Made by a program: the position numbers and the translations under genes. A DNA stretch of 12,505 nt from NCBI GenBank assembly GCA_043228905.1, contig JBHGNT010001058.1, positions 1 to 12,505 on the forward strand. Reading direction: 5' to 3'. The stretch is from Azolla caroliniana (lineage: Eukaryota; Plantae; Polypodiophyta). The notes under the pieces are model-generated. The model was not told the origin of the DNA and searched no databases. It was given only the letters and a program-made list of their open reading frames with translations. Numbering within the stretch: the stretch's first letter is position 1; each line of letters starts with the position of its first letter. This document shows positions 1 through 8,000 of this stretch, in pieces.

Positions 1-618
1 GAAATGTGTAACTTGAACAGAAAAGATGGAGATTCCATCAAGTAAACAATTGTGCTTGCATCTCCCTTGCGGTTCCAGCATCAAAAAAGATATGGTCTTG
101 GCCATTCTACCAAACCATTGTATACAACGAATCCATGTGAACTACCAAGTACCAAGGGCTAGAAAGTGTTTGCTATATTCCATTACTTTGTTCATATTGT
201 GCACTTGTCAAAACAAAGTTGTTTGTTCATCCTTAGTTCTTGCATTGATGCTCCCTAATAGCATTACATCCTCCACACTAGTGAATCTTACAGCATCGAC
301 ATATAATGGTAAATTTGTGATTCTCCATTAGGTGCATGCCTCAAGTAGGTAGGTGGGGAGTGACAAATTGCAACATCTTAACTTTCAAGGATGCATGGAT
401 CATACATTATCACGTGTAAGGTATCGTAGATGATACACTATATGCAAATTTCTTCTCTGTAAGATTATGGGTTGCCATATTTATAGGCAGCTGATTTTCT
501 AGTATGAATTGCATGAAGCACTTATGGCATGTTTTCTTTACAATGTGCTACTTGAGTTGGCGTGAGATTTTCATCTAAAATTATTGTCGCCCTTGAGTGT
601 CATTCTTTCGATTAGAAA
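1..618 (-). mobile_element. Degenerate LINE-like retrotransposon remnant, downstream part (ORF1 C-terminus-like, then APE endonuclease-like)
   Basis: Minus-strand translation with stops and frameshifts: RMTLKGD / ILDENLTPTQVAH (~540-606), VAICHSPP (~352-375), VMLLGSINART (~235-267, resembles GDFNAR), YSKHFLALG, HGFVVYNG (~114-137), GDASTIVYLMES (resembles S.IDY). Confidence 0.7.
614..618. repeat. Target-site duplication AGAAA (left copy)
   Basis: Identical 5-mer immediately outside both LTRs. Confidence 0.92.
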
Positions 619-1037
619 TGTGAGAAAAGCTGTTAATAGCAGCAGCAACAAACTTAAAACAAAATAGGCACAGCCAAGCTGTGAGAAGGCTGTTAGACAG
701 CAATAGAAAAAATGGTTGCAAAGAGTAGAGACACAGCCAAGGAATAGAGCTTGTTTTAAGTAGCAAAAAAGAAAATGAAAACTTATACAAAAGAGGCGGG
801 TATAGCCTATTTATACAAAATTGGGGAATGTGGGTGAAATGGCTGTTTGGTAGTTAAGTGACTCTTGTACTACCAAACAGGTACAAAAAACTAGGAATAT
901 CTTGGAAAAGGTAGAAGAGAGAAAAGGCATTTAAAGCATTGCATCTAGAGAGAGAAGAATCTGAGAAAAGAGAGAATGTAGTACAAAGATAATAAATATG
1001 AAAGAGAGTGCAGGGCTAGAGCTGCCACCCTCCAACA
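619..1037 (-). repeat. 3' LTR (419 bp)
   Basis: Same sequence as the 5' LTR with 6 substitutions and a 37-bp indel; abuts the PPT. Confidence 0.97.
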
Positions 1038-1046
1038 CCTCCTCTC
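1038..1046 (-). other. Polypurine tract
   Basis: Minus strand GAGAGGAGG directly before the 3' LTR TG; overlaps the pol stop codon at 1045-1047. Confidence 0.88.
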
Positions 1047-3607
1047 AGCTCCAGAACGGCAGTCCAACATTGAGTCGATCAAGGAGTTGATCAATGGCTT
1101 GCCTTGGAAGTGGCTTAGTAAATAAATCAGCCACATTTTCTTGAGTAGGGCAATATGCCAAGTTGATGACTTGTGATTTCACTAAGTCACGAACAAAATG
1201 GTAGTGCACTTCGATGTGTTTTGTTCTACCATGAAATGCTGAGCTATGTGCCAAGGCACGTGCACTTTGGCTGTTGGTGAAAACTGCAATAGGAGAGGCT
1301 TGCAAAACACCAATGTGAGAAAACAATTGCATCAACCATAGCAACTCACAGCAAGTATCCAAGTAGGCGCGATATTCAGCTTCCGTCGATGAAGTAGAAA
1401 CTGAGTTTTGCTTCTTCGATTTCCAAGAAATCAAGCCTGAACCTAACATAAAACAATAGCCAGATGTGGACCTTCTAGAATCAATATCACCTGCCCAATC
1501 AACATCTGAGTAGCCAACAAGCTCAATGCTGCCTCTAAAAGATAGACCATAGTCGATTGTGTTGGCCAAATACCGAAGAACTCAAATAGTTGCTTGCCAA
1601 TGACTTTGTCTTGGAGCAGTTGAGAATTGGCTGAGAATACTCACGCTATAGGACAAATCAGGCCTGGTATAAGTTAAGTGAAGAAGGGACCCGATTAATC
1701 TCCTATATTTCGTGATATCCTCAAATATGGGAGAATCGTCTTCACGAGATAGCTTTGAGTTTGGATCCATTGGACAGGAGAGTGGCTTGCAATTTGTCAT
1801 GTTATAGGTCTCAAGGAGCTGCATGAGATACCTATGTTGGCTGAGAAAGATACCACCATGTGATTGATAGACCTCCATCCCTATGAAATAATGGAGAAGT
1901 CCTAGATCAGTCATTTCAAAGGTTGTTTTGAGGTCAGCGCGAACCTCCTCGATTTTAGATGCAAGGGACCCTGTAATTAGAAGGTCGTCAACATATAATA
2001 TGATCAAGCAAAGCAAATTATCTTGGGAAAAAACATAGAGATTGCTGTCAGCATTACAGTTTTGAAACCCAAGAGAAAGAAAGAAGCTATCAATTTTGTC
2101 ATGCCAAGCTTTGGGAGCTTGCTTTAAGCCATACAAGGCTTTGTGTAACTTGTAGACCGTGTTTTTCTGCTCTAAAATCTCGAAACCTGGAGGCTGTTCA
2201 ACATAAACCTCCTCTTTCAAGTCACCGTTAAGGAAGGCTAACTTGACATCCATTTGAAAAATGGCCCATTTGTTGTGAGCAGCAAGTGCAAGGGCACATC
2301 GGATAGATGTGTACCTTGCTGTTGGAGCAAAAGTTTCCACATAATCCACTCCTTCAACTTGTGAGTAGTCTTTTGCCACTAAACGTGCCTTGTGCTTATC
2401 CAAAGTACCATCAGCATGGTATTTGGTCTTGAAAATCCATTTCAATCCAATGACTTGTCGATGTGGAGGCCGTGGGACCAGCTCCCATGTATGATTCCGC
2501 TCAATGGAATCAAGTTCAACTTCCATTGTTGCTTTCCACTTTGGAAGAACAAGGGCCTCTTTTGCTGTTGTGGGTTCTTTTGATTGCACAACAGTGCACA
2601 ATAAGGCAAAGTTGCATGAGTGAAGAGGCCGTTGTGACTTACGTGTTCGAGAACCAGATGTATACTCATGAAGTTCAGCATCGGAGAGATGAGAATCACG
2701 AATGGTGGCTTGAAGCCACTTGGGAAGTGGTGGAAGCTGGTTTGTAGAGGGAGTGGAAACAAGTGGAGTTGAGGGAGAGGTTTGAATTGTTGGCGAAGTT
2801 AGAGATTGAGTAGGAGGAGATGGGGGGCTTGAAGATGAGACATCTTCGTCTAAAATAGGAGATTCCGGAGGAGCTTGGATTTCAACCATGAACTCAGGTA
2901 AAATCCTAGAGTCATCCGGCTGAGACTCCACAAAATGAACATCCCTAGATATGACTAGGGACTTTGACTCTAAATCCCATAACCTGTATGCTGTAACCAA
3001 GAAATTTGCATTTCTTGGTTTTGGACTCAAATTTCGTCCTTTTATGATCTGAAATGTGAACATAAGCATCACAACCAAAGACTTTAAAATGAGATACCGA
3101 GGGCTTTACACCTGTAAATGCTTCTTCAGGCGTCATTCTAGCAACTGCTTTTGTTGGGCAGCAGTTGATGATGTAGACTGCTGTGTTGACAGCTTCACCC
3201 CAAAACGATAGAGGAAGATCAGATTGAGATAGCATCGTACGAGCCATCTCTTGGACTGTCCGGTTCTTCCTTTCCACGACTCCATTTTGTTGGGGAGTAT
3301 TGGGTGTAGAAAATTGGCGAGCAATGCCTCGTTGAGAGCAGAAATGGTGGAAAGCTTTGGAGATAAACTCTCCACCATTGTCCGACCTGATCTTTCGAAC
3401 TTTCTTCGATGTCTCGTTCTCCACGAGAGCTACCCATTCTTGAAATTTTGCGAAGGCTTGGGATTTTTCTACAAGAAAATAAACCCAAACCTTGCGGGAG
3501 AAGTCATCAATTATAAGCATGAAGTAGCGTGCACCACCAAGAGTAGTGGTTTTCATGGGACCACAAAGATCCATGTGCACTAACTCCAAGATAGATCTGT
3601 GTGCTCT
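1045..3607 (-). pseudogene. pol: Disrupted copia pol: integrase core, reverse transcriptase, RNase H
   Basis: IN motifs LELVHMDLCGP, IDDFSR, RSDNGGEF, QQNGVVERKNRT; frameshift at ~2992 (FLGY / AYRLWD); RT motifs KARLVAK, QMDVK-AFLNG, LYGLKQAP, LYVDD; in-frame TGA at 1582-1584 (HWQATI*VLRYL); RH motifs YSD-DWAG, STEAEY, RTKHIEV, ADLFTKPL. Confidence 0.95.
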
Positions 3608-3648
3608 TTGGCAAAAAAAAATCAGGCTGAGGATATGGAGACCTCACT

Positions 3649-3660
3649 GCTCTGATACCA
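3649..3660 (-). other. Primer-binding site complementary to the tRNA-iMet 3' end
   Basis: Minus strand TGGTATCAGAGC directly after the 5' LTR. Confidence 0.95.
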
Positions 3661-4116
3661 TGTGAGAAAAGTTGTTAATAGCAGCAACAACAAACTTAAA
3701 ACAAAATAGGCACAGCCAAGCTGTGAGAAGGCTGTTAGACAGCAGTAGAAAAAATGGTTGCAAAGAGTAGAGACACAGCCAAGGAATAGAGCTTGTTTTA
3801 AGTAGCAAAAAAGAAAATGAAAACTTATACAAAAGAGGCTGGTATAGCCTATTTATACAAAATTGGGGAATGTGGGTGAAATGGTTGTTTGGTAGTTAAG
3901 TGACTCTTGTACTACCAAACAGGTACAAAAAACTAGGAATATCTTGGAAAAGGTAGAAGAGAGAAAAGGCATTTAAAGCATTGCAGATTCTAGAGAGAGA
4001 AGGCATTTAAAGAGTTGCAGATTCTAGAGAGAGAAGAATCTGAGAAAAGAGAGAATGTAGTACAAAGATAATAAATATGAAAGAGAGTGCAGGGCTGGAG
4101 CTGCCACCCTCCAACA
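3661..4116 (-). repeat. 5' LTR (456 bp)
   Basis: Plus strand tgtgagaaaa...ccctccaaca; abuts the PBS; direct repeat of 619-1037. Confidence 0.97.
3850..3857 (-). promoter_or_regulatory. Putative LTR TATA box (copy at 808-815 in the 3' LTR)
   Basis: Minus strand TATAAATA in the middle of both LTRs. Confidence 0.65.
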
Positions 4117-4121
4117 AGAAA
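4117..4121. repeat. Target-site duplication AGAAA (right copy)
   Basis: Identical 5-mer immediately outside both LTRs. Confidence 0.92.
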
Positions 4122-4300
4122 AGCTTTTTCTTTTCCATGTCCATGACTCAAATGATTAAAGCCTTAACCCTAGATTCACCTCTTCCCATCCTCCATGCCA
4201 AAGCAGTTGAAATATTCAATCCTTATTCTGAGATTCCTGACATCTTCTTGTAGGCTTCCTTTTTCAACCCATCCAACAACTTGCAAATGCAAAGCACAAG
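4122..4300 (-). mobile_element. Degenerate LINE-like remnant, upstream part (ORF1-like), split from 1-618 by the copia insertion
   Basis: Minus strand reads AWRMGRGESRVKALII*VMDMEKKKLF up to the TSD, and leads on (with a frame break) to LKG..LDENLT on the other side. Confidence 0.5.
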
Positions 4301-4467
4301 CTTTCTTCTATTGAATCCATCATTTCCTACCTATCTACGAGTACTGCTACTTTTGACAACCGCTATACAAGGAGCACAAGCTTTTCCTTTGGGATTCTTC
4401 TAATGTTGAATTCATCACTTCCTACCTATCTATGAGACTACTTTTGATGACCGCTATACAAGGAGCA
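4293..4467. repeat. Imperfect tandem duplication (80-bp and 91-bp units)
   Basis: agcacaagcttt...ttcctacctatcta...ctacttttga...accgctatacaagg occurs twice, starting at 4293 and 4373. Confidence 0.9.
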
Positions 4468-4948
4468 TTCCCTTTTATTTCTTTATTTCTCGGCTTGAGC
4501 TTTGGCATATTTAGTTACCTCTACCCATGTTTGCATTTCGTTTTCTAATATGAAGTGCATTTTTGCACTGGCTCATAACATTTCTTTAGAATTACTTTAA
4601 TGGTTTGGTTACCTAATACTAGTTCAACCTTATTTTTTGTATTTCAGCCTTTAGATGTATCGATGACATCTTTTAACTTCTGAAACAAACATATATTGGA
4701 TTAGAAGTTACATTAGAGCCTATCAAAGTAACTTCCAAGAATTGAAAATGAGAAGAGACTTGACAGTAGTCCACAAACAGCCAAATCGAATTATTAAAAA
4801 GCAAATTGACCTAAGGAACCTCCATTGCATTATGGAACTACATTATAGCACTTGAAAGACAATCACATGCCTAATGTAAGTGTCCATAAAACTAGAAAGA
4901 AAGTATATAAACAAAGAAGGAATTTAAAGGGAGTATTTGGAAGCATAC

Positions 4949-5070
4949 CTTATTAAAGTAGAGAGCTCTGTTACAACAGATTCAAGATTGTTCTTACTAA
5001 TTTGATCACTATAAGCAACAAGCAATGAATTCAACGTATACAAGGAGGCTTGCCGCAACGCACGATTTGC
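4949..5070 (-). CDS. CAND1: CAND1 coding exon 18
   Basis: ttgtag|[20 protein letters not shown]...ELSTLI(S)|gtatgc; 122 nt, ends in phase 2. Confidence 0.95.
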
Positions 5071-8000
5071 CTACAACAAAGAAAATTAAGAGTAACGGTT
5101 ATTATTCACGTAAGAGAGTATTTGGCGTTCAATTCTGTTTCTAACCTACAAGAGTGTATACCTTCCTCAAGAATGTAGTTAGTTCAAAAATAACTTGTTC
5201 TAACACACATGAGAGATCAATCTTTAGAGGAGATTCCGCTATTGTGGCGAAGGCCTTCACAACATCAGAAGAGCAGACTTGTCACACACAACAAAAACTT
5301 CAGAAAAGAAGACAATTGATTATTCTTTATATAAAGTCTAATAAACCTTAACAGCAGTCAAACGGGTTATTTCATTCCGTAGTCTCTCCAATAATATTGG
5401 CAAGCAGATGCCAAGTTCATTTTTAAGGTGATCACCAAGTATTGCAATGACTAAGCCCATGCAATATATGGCACATTCCTTCACCTCCTGAAAATTGGCA
5501 AGTGTGAAAATGATTACAAAGATTAAGTGTGCCAAAACCTTTCCAAGTTAGCATTATTATAAACTACTTAGAATATAGTGGAATACCTGATCTTGATCTT
5601 GTGCTGTTAAACGCTTTAGAATGGAGCTATAGATGGGCTTCAGATACAGCTTGAAATCAAATGTAGGCACCTGAAGAAGAAAATAGTTGAATATCAATAA
5701 TTAACATGGCAGGAAAGCAAAAGATTACAAGTAGGTCTAGACCTACTCACCTCATTAACATTGGGCCGGATTAGTTTTACAAGCTCTCCACAAACTCTAA
5801 GAGCTTCCGCGGTCACCTTATAATATCGCTCACCTACTGCTGAAAGTACTGGCTCAAGTATTTCCTGCAGATAAAAGAAATCCTTAACAAGGAATCCATA
5901 ATTAGCATTTGAACTGAAGAGAATGAAGAGCTACTTACTTTCACATGCTGATGAAATACCGTGGGTGGATGAGAGATCATAACCAGTCTAGTAAAGACTA
6001 ATGCCTCTATCTTCAAATTGGAATTTGAACCTTTATCCTACAAAACGAAACATACAGTCAGATGAAATAAAATGTATCTATTATTAATTTGAAGTGTGAA
6101 AACTTCTACCCATGAAATTCATTTAGCCAAAAACCCTACATTCAATGCCCTCTCTATTCCTGGAACCAGTGAAGCAATTTGATCCGCCAAACAATTGGGA
6201 CGTACTATCACTAGCTCCTTCAATACTGAAAAAACTCCAACCTGCAATAATCTTTACAAAATAACTCCTGATGGTATAGAAGCTAATATACAATATTACA
6301 TAAAGAATCATCTGTCTTGACCTTGGTTTTAATGGATTTCTCTCGAAGCTGTTTATTTAAAGACTTCACAAGTTTGGGCACCTCTTGCTCCAATAAAAGC
6401 AACGGGCTGTCATGTAAATTTGAATCTACATAAGCATTAAGATCAACACCAATCCGACTGTTTGACGTTATGAAGCAATGCATACCTAGAAGGATCAACA
6501 ATTCCAGATCCTTTTGTTACGCTTGCAGTCTGCCGAAGAAGGTCACAGAAGGCGTTGAAAATATCAATCTGAAATTGAAAAACCACTCAGTTTTAGAATA
6601 AATAGAGCACTTACAAAGAATAATGATTTGGGAACACAATGTAATATTATCACCTTCACATTTTCTTCCCTCTCTTTAAACCTCTCTATCAATTTTGGGC
6701 AAGCCTACAGAAAGGAATGAGAACATGAGATATAACTGGAGATCACGCATAGAGAGCATTGAAAGAGCTCCCTGAGTTTATGGTTCTGTTGGTAAACACC
6801 AAATAAAAAATAAAGTTTTTTCTATTGGAGGTGTGGTTGCACCTTGCCATACAACACTGTCATTATTTCAGGACGAGATATAATAATTGCTGAAAGACAT
6901 TTAACAGCAGCCCTGCGGACTTTCCAGCTTACATCTTCATCATCACTATACTCATTACCACTATCTCTGTAAACCAGAAGAATATATAAGCATGCATTTT
7001 GGTCAACTCCAATACCTGGTGAAAATTACTCAAAACTTACTCATCCTCCTCTTCATCACCATTCATGTCTTCATCCTGATCTTCATCCATATCATCGGTG
7101 AAATTCGGATCATAGCTGACATATTTAAGCGAAAGGTCCAAAATCACCTCACAATATGGCGTAACCTCCCTAGCACATCGCAAAACAAAACTTTCCAGTG
7201 CCTGTATTTTAAAATACATGTAAGGAGAAAATGCTCCTGCATATTAGAGGTAAAAGGAGTACATTATGCAGAATTCCATGACATAGCCAAGTCAAGCACT
7301 TGTAGATGCACATACCTGAAGGCTATTTTCACGTAGCTCATCATCATTTTCAGAAGCATTTTCACAATAACTGATAAGGAGGGGTACAGCCTCTGCCAGA
7401 TATGGCCCAAACCTGTAGCCAACTGCACGACTGCCATCCGTACACCCAGTTAAGATCGAATTTAGACTCCTCTAAGAAAATTTCCATTCAATAAGAATTT
7501 GAATGAAGGTTGTAAATGTTATGATTAAAATCATACAGAAAAATATATTCAATAACAGATTAAAAAATCCATGATCCTCACGGCTCACAGATGACATTAG
7601 TCTACACCAGAATTCATCTACCAGATAAAATACAATTATATGTGAAACTCATAACGATTACACAAAAAAACTACAGTCTAATTACAATATTTTTACGGAA
7701 AAACATATCACGATTTGTGAAACTCTATACAATCTCCTTGTGAAAGTTGAAGTTTGCCAATTGTGTGAAACTTTAACAGTACCCATCTCACCTAGAATTT
7801 TTCTTTATAAAAGAAAGAAGACACATTGACAAACCTGAAAGCCCCAATCATTTGTATACTTGATCTTATCATATCAGGCTTCAAATCTCTACGCTTCAGG
7901 AGATCAACAACATGATGAATTGCTCTCCCTAATAAATCATCTGATAAGCTAGATGCCAAAATAGCTGTTGCAAAAACCATAATAAAATAGAAAACTATGA

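Larger units (their letters stand above)
619..4116 (-). mobile_element. Ty1/copia LTR retrotransposon, gag- and protease-less, decayed, inside CAND1 intron 18
   Basis: Two near-identical TG..CA LTRs, a 5-bp TSD AGAAA (614-618 and 4117-4121), PBS, PPT, and the IN-RT-RH domain order diagnostic of copia. Confidence 0.97.

Noticed and set aside
26-331. 101-aa plus-strand ORF
   Set aside because: No recognisable motifs; it is antisense to the decayed LINE endonuclease remnant.
430-470. Possible CAND1 exon 19 (expected to begin roughly DSDLHM)
   Set aside because: No acceptor and frame give a CAND1-like sequence in 1-618 or 4122-4948; the next exon must lie outside the window.
581-790. Hydrophobic 69-aa ORF, repeated at 3644-3832, suggestive of a small membrane peptide
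   Set aside because: It lies in the T-rich strand of both LTRs and has no true ATG start; the duplication is just the LTR pair.
2720-2880. S/P/T-rich low-complexity segment as a possible captured domain
   Set aside because: It is in the position of the ordinary variable IN-RT linker of copia elements.
2392-3583. Several overlapping short ORFs on both strands
   Set aside because: Alternate-frame or antisense shadows of pol with no independent motifs.
3985-4045. ONSEN-like heat-shock element in the LTR U3 (ttctagag)
   Set aside because: Only one intact nTTCn unit with a mismatched partner; not a canonical HSE.
6992-7336. 114-aa plus-strand ORF
   Set aside because: Antisense to CAND1 exons 6-7; its I/F/H-rich composition mirrors the acidic D/E codons on the other strand.
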